Source: Myxococcota bacterium
GTDB taxonomy: Bacteria; Myxococcota; JACRCW01
Assembly (NCBI GenBank): GCA_040752415.1
Contig: JBFMGU010000003.1
Coordinates: 1-64,000 of the forward strand
Direction of reading: 5' to 3'
Length of the DNA: 64,000 nucleotides
The position numbers were made by a program, and so were the translations under genes. The notes beneath the pieces are model-generated. The model had not been told where the DNA came from. It did not search any database and saw only the letters and a program-made list of their open reading frames with translations. Position 1 is the stretch's first letter. Every line of letters begins with the position of its first letter. Shown here piece by piece: positions 54,658 to 64,000 of this stretch.

Positions 54658-55650
54658 ATGCAGCGGCTGGTGGTGGATCCCACAAACCCCGACCCGCGTG
54701 TGCTCCAGCAGGCGGCCCAGGTCCTCCGACGTGGTGGCCTGGTGGCCTTCCCCACGGAGACCGTCTACGGCCTTGGCGCTCGCGCCCTGGACCAGGCTGC
54801 GGTGCAGCGCATCTACGCGGCCAAGGGGCGCCCGGGGTGGAACCCGCTGATTGCCCACGTGCTGGACGCCCACATGGCCCAGCGCGACGTGGTCTCGTCG
54901 TGGCCCCCGCTTGCCGAGACGCTGGCGCGCGCGTTCTGGCCGGGTCCGCTGACGCTGGTGCTTCCGCGACAGGACCGCGTCCCGCCCAACGTGAGCGCCG
55001 GTCTTCCGTCGGTGGCGGTGCGTGCGCCGGCGCATCCGGTGGCGCGGGAGCTGATCCGCCTCCTGGACGAGCCGGTGGCCGCGCCCAGCGCCAACCGCTT
55101 CATGGCCATCTCGCCCACCACCGCGGACCACGTCGAGAAGGGCCTGGGGGAAGCGGTGGACATCCTGCTGGACGGCGGGCCCGCCAACGTGGGCGTGGAG
55201 AGCACGGTGGTGGATTTGACGTCGTCACCGCCGCGCGTGCTGCGCCCGGGGGGGATCACGCTGGACGCGCTGCGCGCCGCCGCGCCGCAGGTCACCTTCA
55301 TCACCGCCGCGGAAGTCGTCGACGGAGAAGCGCGCGCCTCACCCGGCCAGGTGCGCAAGCACTACGCCCCGAAAGCGCACGTCATCCTGGTGCCCCACGG
55401 CGACGTCGGTGGCTGGCGTTCCGCGCTGGCCACCGCGGCGCAGCCCGTCGGCACGTTGTCCTTCACGCTGCAATCCTCCGCGCCCACGGTCGTGCACCTC
55501 CCGCTGGACCCCGTGGCCGCCCAAGCCGCCCTCTACGGCGCATTGCACCAGCTGGAGGACGCGGGTTGCGCCACGGTTGTCGTCGAGGAGCCACCCGCCG
55601 GCCCCGACTGGGACGCCGTCCGCGACCGCCTCTCCCGCGCCGGCGCGTAG
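54658..55650 (+). CDS. tsaC: L-threonylcarbamoyladenylate synthase (Sua5/TsaC/YrdC family, with Sua5 C-terminal domain)
   Basis: VAFPTETVYGLGARALDQAAVQRIYAAKGRPGWNPLIAHV is the YrdC signature. SANRFMAISPT. About 330 aa including the Sua5-type C-terminal domain. The start MQRLVV is internal to the listed ORF 54088... Confidence 0.8.
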   Translation: MQRLVVDPTNPDPRVLQQAAQVLRRGGLVAFPTETVYGLGARALDQAAVQRIYAAKGRPGWNPLIAHVLDAHMAQRDVVSSWPPLAETLARAFWPGPLTLVLPRQDRVPPNVSAGLPSVAVRAPAHPVARELIRLLDEPVAAPSANRFMAISPTTADHVEKGLGEAVDILLDGGPANVGVESTVVDLTSSPPRVLRPGGITLDALRAAAPQVTFITAAEVVDGEARASPGQVRKHYAPKAHVILVPHGDVGGWRSALATAAQPVGTLSFTLQSSAPTVVHLPLDPVAAQAALYGALHQLEDAGCATVVVEEPPAGPDWDAVRDRLSRAGA

Positions 55651-55714
55651 AAACGAAAGGCCCCCGCACCATCCACCGGGGCGGGGGCCCTTCGTCATTC
55701 CATGAGAGACGGGT

Positions 55715-57880
55715 TCAGGGGTCTGACGTCGTCAGCGTGAAGCTGGAGGCCTCGTAGCCGTGCACACCGATGTGCAGCGTGCCGTTGGCGGTGGGCGTGT
55801 CACGCAGCTCCTCGTTGCCGCTGCTGGTGTACGCCAGGGCCACGTGGCTCTCGGTGGTGGGCTGGGCGTCCATCTGCAGGTAGAGGTCCACGTCGTTGGG
55901 CGCGGTGGTCCGGATGACAATCTCCTTGCCCGCCGTCACCGCCACCGTGAAGTACGCAAAGGCTCCCTGCGCCACCGTGCCGCTGACGTTGAGGTGCTGC
56001 GTGGCCGGCGGCGTCACCACCGTGCCACCTCCGCCACCGGCGCCCGGCTCCAGGTAGGTGATGTCCAGCGTGTAGTCGCTGCTCTGCGCGTAGCCGTGCA
56101 CCGCCACGTAGAACTGGCCGGGGCCCTGCGGGCTGCACGTCTCATTGGAGCCGCTCTTGTACGGACGACAGTCGTAGCTGGTCAGCGTGGGCGCGGAGCC
56201 CTTGCGCACGTAGAGGTCGGCGTCACCGGTGCCGGTCATCTTGACGGAGAACAGGCTGCCCGCCGCCACGTTGAACGGGCCGTAGTGCTTCAGCGCGCCC
56301 TTGGTCACCGTGCCGCGCTCCTGCACCGTGCGCTGCTGGCCGCTGCCGGACTCCTCGGTGGCAATGGACGCGTTCAAGAGCGTCATGACGTCGGCGTACT
56401 TGATCTTCCCCTCCGCCACCGACTGCTGCCGCGCGCGCACCGGCAGCCACAGGAAGTCGGGGTGCTGGCGCTTGCTGTCCCCCAGCCACTCGCCGCCCAG
56501 CAGCCTGCCTTCCTGGTCCGCCTCCAGCACGTAGTGCAGCGTGTCGGTGTGCGTGTAGCGGTCAATCTGCGAGGTCAGCGGGCCGTCCACGTTGCTTGCG
56601 CTCTCGCCGATGTACGCGAGATCGGTGATGACCTCGAAGAAGCGCTTGGCGTTGGCGTTGAACTTGTACGCCTTGGGCGTGGTGCCGCCGGAGGTGATGG
56701 TGAGGTTGACGTTGGCCTCGGTGTAGCCGTGCACGGAGATGAACGCCTGGGTCTGGCCCGCAGGCACGTCCAGCTCGCAGGTCTCCGTCGAGCCGTTCTC
56801 GTACGGCCGACAGTCAAAGGCCTGCGCCGTGGGCTGCGCGCCGAACTTCACGTAGAGGTCGCCGTCGCCGGTCATGCCGACCTTCAGCTTGCTGCCCGCC
56901 GTCACCGCCACGGGGTCCAGGTGCTGCCACTGGTCCTTCTGCAGCGTGGCCGCCTTCGTCGTCGTGGTGCCGCCCTCGGTGGTGACGCCCACCAGCGCGT
57001 TGGCTTGCTCGGCGGTGACCTCGGCCCACTTCGTCACGCGGAAGCTGCGCAGCGGCTGGTTCCAGACCTCGTCGTCAAAGGTCCGGTCCATGACGAAGGA
57101 CTGCTGTCGCTTGCCAAGGTAGTTGGCCAGCAGCAGGTGCAGCGTGGCGGGGTTGGTGTCCATGCAGTCGCCCTGCTTGGGGCGGCCGTACTCGTCGTAT
57201 TCAATCTTGCCCTGTCCGTCGTCACGGTCACAGCGCAGGGAGACGAACTTGTTCTCCACGCTGTCGTGCACCAACGTGACCAGCGCCTTGATGTCATTGA
57301 CCTTGAAGGTGACGCCATTGTGGGTGACGGGGTGCTGCGGCTCGGGCACCAGGATGGAGGCGGGGCCCCACGCGTGGCACACGCCCCACCACGTGGGAAT
57401 GCAGCGACCTTCCGTCTGCCCCTCACGCTTGGCACACGCCTCGCCAATCTCCGCCTTGCACTGGCTGTTCTCCGTGCACGCGGTGCGGGTGGAGGCGCCG
57501 GCAATGCCCCGCATGCGGCTCACCGCGTCCTCCACGCCGGTGACGCTGAACGCCTTGCCGAACTTCGTCGTCGGGGCTTCGCTCTGCGGACCGTCCCACT
57601 TGTAGTTGATGCCGTCCTGGTAGACCGGCCAGTAGCTGCCCGCCCACGGCGGGGAGGCGGCCTGGCCCTCCCGCGGCAGCTCGTCGACCTTGTAGGTGAG
57701 GTCGGCGGCAAAGATGCTGGGGCTGTCCGAGGAGCCCCACGCCACGGGCTTGGTGGCCTCCGCGTCCTTGCCGCCCGGAGCCACCTCATCCACCGGCGTG
57801 CTCTCAAAGCCTTCCGTCTGCACCACGCAGCCGCTCGACACGGCCGCACCCACCAGCATCATTCCCAGGACGTTCCGCAT
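55715..57880 (-). CDS. secreted lipoprotein with N-terminal Cys-containing domain and three pre-peptidase C-terminal (PPC)-like beta-sandwich domains
   Basis: Lipobox AVSSGC. N-terminal ~330-aa domain contains WWGVCHAWGPASIL. Three repeats of the pattern (GxxxxFxV..G.GD.DLYV..G..PT...YDCRPY..GS.ETC...Q.FISVHGY). 721 aa. Confidence 0.55.
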   Translation of the reverse strand: MRNVLGMMLVGAAVSSGCVVQTEGFESTPVDEVAPGGKDAEATKPVAWGSSDSPSIFAADLTYKVDELPREGQAASPPWAGSYWPVYQDGINYKWDGPQSEAPTTKFGKAFSVTGVEDAVSRMRGIAGASTRTACTENSQCKAEIGEACAKREGQTEGRCIPTWWGVCHAWGPASILVPEPQHPVTHNGVTFKVNDIKALVTLVHDSVENKFVSLRCDRDDGQGKIEYDEYGRPKQGDCMDTNPATLHLLLANYLGKRQQSFVMDRTFDDEVWNQPLRSFRVTKWAEVTAEQANALVGVTTEGGTTTTKAATLQKDQWQHLDPVAVTAGSKLKVGMTGDGDLYVKFGAQPTAQAFDCRPYENGSTETCELDVPAGQTQAFISVHGYTEANVNLTITSGGTTPKAYKFNANAKRFFEVITDLAYIGESASNVDGPLTSQIDRYTHTDTLHYVLEADQEGRLLGGEWLGDSKRQHPDFLWLPVRARQQSVAEGKIKYADVMTLLNASIATEESGSGQQRTVQERGTVTKGALKHYGPFNVAAGSLFSVKMTGTGDADLYVRKGSAPTLTSYDCRPYKSGSNETCSPQGPGQFYVAVHGYAQSSDYTLDITYLEPGAGGGGGTVVTPPATQHLNVSGTVAQGAFAYFTVAVTAGKEIVIRTTAPNDVDLYLQMDAQPTTESHVALAYTSSGNEELRDTPTANGTLHIGVHGYEASSFTLTTSDP

Positions 57881-58142
57881 GACCCATTCCCTCGCAAAAG
57901 GCCCCCACGTAGCGCCCCAGATGGGTGTGCTCGTGTGGGAAGAGGCCTACATTGTCGCACAGGCCGCGAAAGGGTTGCGAGGAAGATCGGTCAGGTGGAG
58001 GACCCGACTTCTAACGGCATGAATTATCAGGTGAATTTGCGCTCGAGATGATCCCGTGACGGCCGGATACGGCAAGGTGCGGATGGTTTCCGGCGGATGT
58101 CTGTGCCGCACCCCGGTTGGGAATGCGGATCGTGCTGGCCGG

Positions 58143-61100
58143 TCAGCTCCGGCCGCCCCGCGCGCGCCAGCGCCGGCGCCACGTGGTGAGCAGGGCGAGC
58201 GACGCACCCAGCAGGACGGGAGCGCCGGGGTCGCGGCTGGTGTTGCACGCGCACGTGGTGTTGTCGTCGCCGGGGTCGGAGCCACCCGAGGAGGAGCCGC
58301 TCCCACCGCTGGACGTGCTGGAGCCGCCGGTGGCCGCGTCCGGGGATGCCGTGACCGCCGCGTCGCGACCGCCCCCGCCCGCATCCGGCCTCCCCGCGTC
58401 GGGGCGCACCACCGCCGCATCCGGCTCTTCCGACGTGGCCGCGTCCGCGGCGTCGCTGGCGTCGGGCGGGCTGCCCGCGTCGGGAACGGCGCCAGGAGTG
58501 GAGCCGGTGATGGGGATCTCGCGCAGCACCTGGTCGCCCGACTCCAAGCGCAGCGCGCCCTGGAACTGGCCTTCCGTCGTGGGCGCGAACTGCACGCGCA
58601 CCACCGCGGGCGCCCCGTGGAAGAGTTCCGGGGGCAGGGCGGTGTCGGTGAGCGTGAACGCGGGGTCGGTGGTGCTGGTGAGGAGCACCGCGGGCGTCAG
58701 GGGTGTCATGGACAGGCTCTGCAAGCGCAGCTGAAGGCTTGCGGTCTGGCCCACCGCCACCGCCGGGAAGGTCAGGGACGCGGGGTCCGCGTACAGGCTC
58801 GTGGGGCTGAGGTCCGCGTCGTCAAAGATGGACGTCGGGTCACCGCCCAGCAGCAGCTCCATCTCGTCGGCAACGCCGCCCATGTCGGTGTCCACGCTGG
58901 TGGGGTCGGTATTGGTCCCGCCCTGCGCCACGCTCAACAGCTCACGGCCGTCCGCAATCGTGTCTCCGTCGCTGTCCCACAGCTCCGGCCAGGTCCCGGC
59001 CAGGTATTCATCCTCGCTGCTGAGGCCGTCACCATCCTGGTCCAGCGTGCTGTCGGTGCCGTGCGGGTTCGTGCCGTGGAGCTGTTCCCAGCGGTCGGGC
59101 ACGTTGTCGCCATCCGAGTCGACGCCGGGGTCCACCTGCAATCGCTGCGTGGCGCCGCGGCTGACGGGCCCGGCCGAGCTGTCCAGGCGCGCCGTCACCT
59201 GCACCTCGTGTCCCCCCACCGCGGCGGTATTCAGGTACCAGCCCGAGTACACGGAGTCACCCGCAACGCGGTCCGCGCCCAGTCCGTCGTCACGCAGCAG
59301 CAGCAGGCGGCCGGTGCCGTTGGGCGCGCGCACGGTGGCGGAGATGTCCATCACCTGCGCAGCTCGGCTGCTCACCACCCCATTCACCACCACCGGCTCT
59401 CCCTGCGTGGCCCGCGGCGGCGAGAATGAGACGGAGACCACCACGTCGGAGATCACCGACACATCCAGCGTGAAGGGCATGGTCGGCGGCCCGTGCGGGG
59501 TCCATTGGACTTCCGCCTGCCACGTGCCCACGGCCATCTCGTCGGAGCGGTAGCGGATGAAGGTGGAGCCACTGCTGTACTCGAAACCGCTGGTCGGGGC
59601 GTTGCCCCGGTCATAACGCGTGCCGTCCGGCGCGAGGAGCGAAAGCTGGAAGGGCTCCAGCAACGTCCTCCACTTCAACGCCACCATCACATCCTGGACG
59701 GACGGGTCGACCACGAACTCGTAGCGTTGCGGCTCTGCGCTGGTGGCCGCCCCGCGCTCACGCAAAGTGGTGCTCCTCCGTCCCAGCGTCTGGGAAAGCT
59801 CGTAGTAGATGTCCAGCAGCTCATTGGGGTCGTCGGTGAATGCGTAGGTACCTCCGGTGTACTCGGCTATCTGCTGGAGCTGCTGGCTGTCGGCGCCGCC
59901 CAGACCCACGGTGTAGACGGGAATGCCGCTGGAGATCACCGTGGGCAGCACGTCGGCAACCATGGGCGGGGAATTCTCCTGCCCGTCGGTCATGAGGATG
60001 ATCGCCTGGAAGCCGCCGGCATTGCTGTTGACCAGGGAGAGGTAGCCCTGTTGCAGACCGCCACCCACCGACGTGGCACCCCGCGCGTAGATCGTGTCGA
60101 TGGCGTCGATGATGTCGTTGACCACGGTCTGGGCCGCCCCGTCGGTCACGCGCACCGCATCCACGAACCAGCCCTCTCCCGGTGAGGCGCCGGTGATGAG
60201 GCGGAAGCGCACGTGGACGGTGGCGTTCACCGGCAGCGCCTGCTCCACCAGGCCTTCCGCCACGCCGGTGCCGGTCCAAAGCGTCGTCCAGCTGGTTCCG
60301 TCGGTGGAGGTCTGGAGCTGCGCCTGGTCGCCGGTGCCAAGCCGGGACTGCTGCCAGAAGCGCAACGTGGGCTCCCCCAGGGCGCTGGTGTCCAACGGCT
60401 GTGTCAGCGTGGCCGTGGTGTCCGACGACGCGGTGGCCGTGGCGCCCGGGCTGTCGCTGAGGGCGGTGGTGAGTCCCAGGCCCACGCCGGTCTCCGCGGC
60501 CCAGCTACCCGTCAACGTCCATGCCTGCGTGCCCTGTTCGAAGTTGTCGTCGAGCGCCGGGCCGGTGGCGCCGCCCTCCGCGTCGAGTTCGGTGAGCGGA
60601 TAGAGCAGGTCCACGGCGTCGTCGAAGATCACCACGCTCACCAGGTCGCCGGGGGACAGGAGCCGCACGAACAGGCGCGCCGCCTCCTTGGCAACCTCCA
60701 TGGGCAGGCCGCCCATGCTGCCGGAGCGGTCCAGCACCAGCGCCACCTCCACGAACCGGCTCACCTCGCCAAAGTTCACGCTCGTCGTCGCGGTCCCCTC
60801 CGACTGCGCGCCGCCCAGGTTGGCCCGCACCACGAGGTCGCGCAGTCCCACCGAGGCCTGAGCCGCCGGGAGCACCGTCAAGACGTGACCGTCGAGGGCG
60901 GGGAACACGGCGGTGACCGGCGCGGGCAGCCCGCCCACCTCCGCGCTGAACGACTCGCGGCCCAGGAAGCTGGCGTAGCGCCCGGCGGGCGTGTCCAGGC
61001 GCACGTGGACCTGGATGGGGGAGGGCGCGTCGAAACGGCCAGCGTTGGCGGGGCGCGTGGTGGTGGGCTCCACCACGGTGAGCGTGGGACTGCTGCGCGG

Positions 61101-62771
61101 CGGGAGCGCGGCCAATCCCGCACCGGTCAGGAAGTCCACGCCGACCATGCCGGTGGGGCTGGCTGAGGAGAGCAGGGCGGTCTGCAGACCGTCGGGGGTG
61201 AGGGTGGGGTCGGCGGACAGGAGGAGCGCGGCCGCGCCGGCCACGTGGGCCGCGGCGGCGGAGGTCCCCTGGAACACGCCGGTGCCCGTGGCCCGGGTGT
61301 GCACGGCGGCGTAGCCCATCAGGTCCGGCTTGTGCCGGCCATCCGCGGTGGGACCCTGCGCACTGTACGTCTCATCGACGAGACCGCTGCTCCAGCTCGC
61401 CGCGCCCACCGTCAGCACGTGTGGGGAGTCGGCGGGGAAGGCCAGGCTGCCCACCGCGGTGGAATGCTCCAGGCCGGTGCTGGACCAGAGCTCCAGGCGG
61501 ATGCGCCGCCCCGGCGCCACCTGCGGGCTCTTCTGGCGGATCTTGATCCAGTACTCGTCGGTGACGTCGGGGTTGAAGATGAGGTGCTCGTAGGGGAAGT
61601 CATCCCCGTCCTGCACCGCCGTGCCGCCCCACGCCTGACCGGGCTGGATGTCATCCTCCGCCGACGCGGTGGCCACCGGCATGAACGGCGTGTTGATGCC
61701 GCGACGCAACAGCGAGATGTCGAAGTCGTCGCGCGCAATGGCCTGGCCCACGTCCTGCGCGTCCCACTCGTCCCACGTCAGGAAGATGTCCACGCGCTCG
61801 CCCTGCGTGAAGCGCACGTTGTTGAGGCTGTCGGTGGCAAGGTCGGCGTTGAAGTAGTGACCGGTGGCGCCGTTGCCGGTGTACGCGCCGGAGAACACCT
61901 TGTGACGGCCGTTGCCCGCGCCCACCACCACCAACACGCCGGCCGCGCGCGCAGCTTCCAGTGCCTGGTTCACGCCGTGGGGATCCCGCCCGTCCATCGG
62001 CGCCAGCGGCGCGTAGCCCACGGAGAGGGCCACCACGTCGGCGCCCAGGGCCACCGCCTCGTTGATGACGCTGGGCAGCGCGGACAGCCCGCCGTCATTG
62101 CGCATGAGCATCAGCGTGGCTTCGGGCGCCACGTCGTGGATGACCTCCGCGCACGCCACGCCGTGGGCACCGGCGCTTCCGGTCTCCACCTCGGTGGCCA
62201 CGCAGCCGCTGGCCTGACAGAGGTAGCCCTCGGTGTTGGCGGGGAGCTCTCCCGCGGTCTGCGCCGCGGCCACGCCGAGGAACTCGGTATCCACCACCGC
62301 CACGCGCACGCCGGCCCCGGAAATGGCCGGGTCACCGCCCACGTACTCCGCGGCGTTGAGCGGTCCCACGCCCTCCGACGAGACGGCCAGGAGCTGCGCG
62401 GGCGGCATGGGGATGACGGTGCGGAGCCAGGCCTGCTCCGCCAGCGTGTCCAGCGCGGCCAGCGGTCCTTCCACGCTGGCGGAGGCGCCCTCGGTGCGCA
62501 GGACGCGGAAGCCCAGCGCGCGCAGCGCGGCGGCGTGATCGCTTGCTGGGCCGCGTGTGGAGACCAGCAGCGGAAGCGCGTCGGCGCGGGAGGCGAGACC
62601 CAGACGCCGCACCCACGCGTCGGCCCGCTCCGGGGTCAGCCGCGACGTCCGCAGGTGCGCCAGCGGCCCGCCCAGGCTGCCGGCGGGAACGCGCGAGGAT
62701 GCGTCGGCGGAAATGATGGTGGCGGCCGCGAGCAACGCGGCAACGCGGATGGACCTGGAATTCACGTGCAC
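58143..62771 (-). CDS. S8 subtilisin-like serine peptidase with VWA domain, thrombospondin-type-3-like Asp-rich repeats and C-terminal MYXO-CTERM sorting signal
   Basis: Signal peptide. S8 triad contexts VAVVDTEF (Asp), HGVACAE (His), GTSAAAAHVAGAAALL (Ser). VWA MIDAS motif VALVLDRSGSMGG. Asp-rich Ca-binding repeats (DSDGDNVPDRWE, DQDGDGLSSEDE, DSDGDTIADG). C-terminal NTTCACNTS...GAPVLLGASLALLTTWRRRWRARGGRS is MYXO-CTERM-like (Cys-rich motif, TM helix, Arg-rich tail). 1542 aa. Confidence 0.8.
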   Translation of the reverse strand: MHVNSRSIRVAALLAAATIISADASSRVPAGSLGGPLAHLRTSRLTPERADAWVRRLGLASRADALPLLVSTRGPASDHAAALRALGFRVLRTEGASASVEGPLAALDTLAEQAWLRTVIPMPPAQLLAVSSEGVGPLNAAEYVGGDPAISGAGVRVAVVDTEFLGVAAAQTAGELPANTEGYLCQASGCVATEVETGSAGAHGVACAEVIHDVAPEATLMLMRNDGGLSALPSVINEAVALGADVVALSVGYAPLAPMDGRDPHGVNQALEAARAAGVLVVVGAGNGRHKVFSGAYTGNGATGHYFNADLATDSLNNVRFTQGERVDIFLTWDEWDAQDVGQAIARDDFDISLLRRGINTPFMPVATASAEDDIQPGQAWGGTAVQDGDDFPYEHLIFNPDVTDEYWIKIRQKSPQVAPGRRIRLELWSSTGLEHSTAVGSLAFPADSPHVLTVGAASWSSGLVDETYSAQGPTADGRHKPDLMGYAAVHTRATGTGVFQGTSAAAAHVAGAAALLLSADPTLTPDGLQTALLSSASPTGMVGVDFLTGAGLAALPPRSSPTLTVVEPTTTRPANAGRFDAPSPIQVHVRLDTPAGRYASFLGRESFSAEVGGLPAPVTAVFPALDGHVLTVLPAAQASVGLRDLVVRANLGGAQSEGTATTSVNFGEVSRFVEVALVLDRSGSMGGLPMEVAKEAARLFVRLLSPGDLVSVVIFDDAVDLLYPLTELDAEGGATGPALDDNFEQGTQAWTLTGSWAAETGVGLGLTTALSDSPGATATASSDTTATLTQPLDTSALGEPTLRFWQQSRLGTGDQAQLQTSTDGTSWTTLWTGTGVAEGLVEQALPVNATVHVRFRLITGASPGEGWFVDAVRVTDGAAQTVVNDIIDAIDTIYARGATSVGGGLQQGYLSLVNSNAGGFQAIILMTDGQENSPPMVADVLPTVISSGIPVYTVGLGGADSQQLQQIAEYTGGTYAFTDDPNELLDIYYELSQTLGRRSTTLRERGAATSAEPQRYEFVVDPSVQDVMVALKWRTLLEPFQLSLLAPDGTRYDRGNAPTSGFEYSSGSTFIRYRSDEMAVGTWQAEVQWTPHGPPTMPFTLDVSVISDVVVSVSFSPPRATQGEPVVVNGVVSSRAAQVMDISATVRAPNGTGRLLLLRDDGLGADRVAGDSVYSGWYLNTAAVGGHEVQVTARLDSSAGPVSRGATQRLQVDPGVDSDGDNVPDRWEQLHGTNPHGTDSTLDQDGDGLSSEDEYLAGTWPELWDSDGDTIADGRELLSVAQGGTNTDPTSVDTDMGGVADEMELLLGGDPTSIFDDADLSPTSLYADPASLTFPAVAVGQTASLQLRLQSLSMTPLTPAVLLTSTTDPAFTLTDTALPPELFHGAPAVVRVQFAPTTEGQFQGALRLESGDQVLREIPITGSTPGAVPDAGSPPDASDAADAATSEEPDAAVVRPDAGRPDAGGGGRDAAVTASPDAATGGSSTSSGGSGSSSGGSDPGDDNTTCACNTSRDPGAPVLLGASLALLTTWRRRWRARGGRS

Positions 62772-62939
62772 CTCCCCGGGTGGGACGGCGCGTCGACGAA
62801 GACGTGACCGCCCTGCGGGCCAAGGAGGCTACCAGTCGTGGGTGTGCCGAGGAAGGGAGCGTGCCCCGCGGGTGCGAACGCATGCCGGGCGGAGCATGCA
62901 GCGCGGCGGCCGAGTCTGGGGCCGCCGCGCCGCGAAGGC

Positions 62940-64000
62940 TCAGGGAGTCGCAATGCGGTAGTAGACCTCACCCTGCATGGTGAGGGAGCGCTTCTCCTTG
63001 TAGCCCGTTCGTGTGTCGGTCTCGAACTCGACGGTCACGGAGATGCGCGCAGGACCCGCGTCCGGCAGCGCCACCTCCAGGCTTGGCGTCAGGAGGGTGA
63101 AGGCGGTGTAGCCCCCCACGAGGACCGGCGCCTCGGGAGAAACCAGCGTGACCTCCGTGTTGGGGCCCAGGCCCTGGACCTTCACGCTGATGCTGGCGGA
63201 GTCATACGGAGAGGCGGCGTTGCCGTTCACGTCCACGAAACGCACGATGAAGGTGCTGCCGCCATCCACGGGGTGCACGAAGTAGTCGCTGGCGCCCGTG
63301 TGATCGGTCGCGTCCACCGTGTCGATGCTCGCCCCGGGGTAGGCCGGGTCGTTGGCCTCCTGCCCGTCGGGGACCACGTGGAAGAAGCTGTGGAGCCGGT
63401 CGTACAGGACAATGGGACCCACCTGCGCCGGGCCATCCGCGTAGCGCCCGTAGCCGCTCAGCGCCAGCACACCCGCCGGGAGTCGGCCGTTGATGATGGG
63501 ACCCGGGTCGCGCCAGTCGTAGCTGTTGAAGTGGCTGACGCCCAGGAGGTCCGTGGCCAGACCCGCACGACCGGAGAACGCCACGCCGCTGAGCGTCACG
63601 TTCTTGAAGATGAGCGTGTCGGTGTCGTAGCAGGAGTTCACGTCGTCCCACACGCCGTTGTTGTTGCCGTCAATGAACTGGTCGGTCTGGGCAATCCGCA
63701 GCTGGCTGCGTGCAAAGTCGTCAAACGGCGCGCGCTGGTCACCGTCGGTCACCACGAATGAGGCGGTGGTGTCCACCAGCGGCAGCTCCGACGGCTCGAA
63801 CTTCACGAACAGCTTCTGGCCGTTGTCCGCCGTCAGCTCCACCACGCCGAATTGCTGGTTCACCGGGTCAATCACCGCCTGCACGTCGGTGCCAAAGTTG
63901 GTGCGACCCGGAGCGCGGTAGGCCAGCAGGCCCGGGCTGTCTGCGGTGTAGCGCAGCGCGCCCGGCGTCTCGAGCAGGCCCGTGGTGGGCGTGTCATCCG
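62940..64000 (-). CDS. secreted hypothetical protein, probably 5'-truncated by the window end
   Basis: The ORF is open to at least 63884 on the minus strand (first Met). The reading frame may continue to the window edge. Beta-rich with a DGNNNGVWDD calcium-binding-like segment. No family recognised. Confidence 0.35.
   Translation of the reverse strand, partial: DDTPTTGLLETPGALRYTADSPGLLAYRAPGRTNFGTDVQAVIDPVNQQFGVVELTADNGQKLFVKFEPSELPLVDTTASFVVTDGDQRAPFDDFARSQLRIAQTDQFIDGNNNGVWDDVNSCYDTDTLIFKNVTLSGVAFSGRAGLATDLLGVSHFNSYDWRDPGPIINGRLPAGVLALSGYGRYADGPAQVGPIVLYDRLHSFFHVVPDGQEANDPAYPGASIDTVDATDHTGASDYFVHPVDGGSTFIVRFVDVNGNAASPYDSASISVKVQGLGPNTEVTLVSPEAPVLVGGYTAFTLLTPSLEVALPDAGPARISVTVEFETDTRTGYKEKRSLTMQGEVYYRIATP

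Noticed and set aside
55760-58051. 763-aa + strand ORF overlapping the PPC-domain gene
   Set aside because: Arg/Gly/Ala/Leu-rich antisense translation with no signal peptide or domains. The minus-strand gene has lipobox and repeated PPC motifs.
61245-62807. 520-aa + strand ORF inside the S8 protease gene
   Set aside because: Antisense artefact. The S8 catalytic motifs are on the minus strand.
1-64000. Search for tRNA, rRNA and CRISPR arrays
   Set aside because: No rRNA-like conserved blocks, no regularly spaced direct repeats with unique spacers, and no convincing cloverleaf candidates by eye. A tRNAscan or Infernal run would be needed to exclude small RNAs.

Overview
This is a high-GC (~70%) myxobacterial-type chromosomal segment with dense coding on both strands and many ATGA/GTGA start-stop overlaps. 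All calls rest on reading the supplied six-frame translations for family motifs; no database searches were run.

Layout, 5' to 3':
- 1-9.9 kb: a tightly coupled + strand operon. Its products are a partial AgmX/PglI-type C-terminal-domain protein, two small signal-peptide beta-barrel-like paralogs, three TPR-rich proteins (514, ~1150 and 673 aa) and a coiled-coil lipoprotein, followed by an NlpC/P60 endopeptidase. The composition resembles the Myxococcus Glt/Nfs gliding-motility/sporulation envelope machinery.
- 11.1-23.2 kb: the most unusual region. A DUF2309/DabA-like protein of 1252 aa carries a beta-carbonic-anhydrase-like CxDxR motif and sits inside a co-translated set of four complex-I antiporter-type subunits. 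An ND4-like subunit lies upstream; ND5(NuoL)-like, ND4-like and ND2/ND4-like subunits follow downstream in nuoL-M-N order. A SulP/STAS anion transporter comes next. No nuoA-K genes are present. This looks like an elaborated DAB-type energy-coupled CO2/bicarbonate uptake module, not described as such to my knowledge.
- 23.2-23.6 kb: a ~380-bp long imperfect palindrome.
- 24.3-25.6 kb: a family-1 encapsulin shell gene with an upstream ferritin-like cargo that carries a C-terminal TVGNLRR targeting peptide.
- 25.6-27.4 kb: purA, then an inverted pair of ~150-bp repeats with a GGTGTAaTACACC palindromic core. A third copy lies at 39.44 kb.
- 27.4-37.6 kb: hemW-like radical SAM, an FG-GAP lipoprotein, a PP2C phosphatase, uvrC, and a HemN-like radical-SAM plus cytochrome P450 pair.
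- 37.7-52.5 kb: a nucleotide-biosynthesis supercluster with several in-frame fusions. Genes are purM, pyrC-pyrB (fused), pyrF-pyrE (fused), pyrD, purS-purS-purL (fused), purQ, purC, purF and purN-purH (fused).
- 52.5-64 kb: a DUF4388/J-domain/TPR protein, YjbQ, Sua5/TsaC, a secreted PPC-domain protein, a 1542-aa S8 subtilase-VWA-TSP3 protein ending in a MYXO-CTERM sorting signal, and a partial secreted protein at the window edge.

No rRNA, tRNA or CRISPR was recognised by eye.
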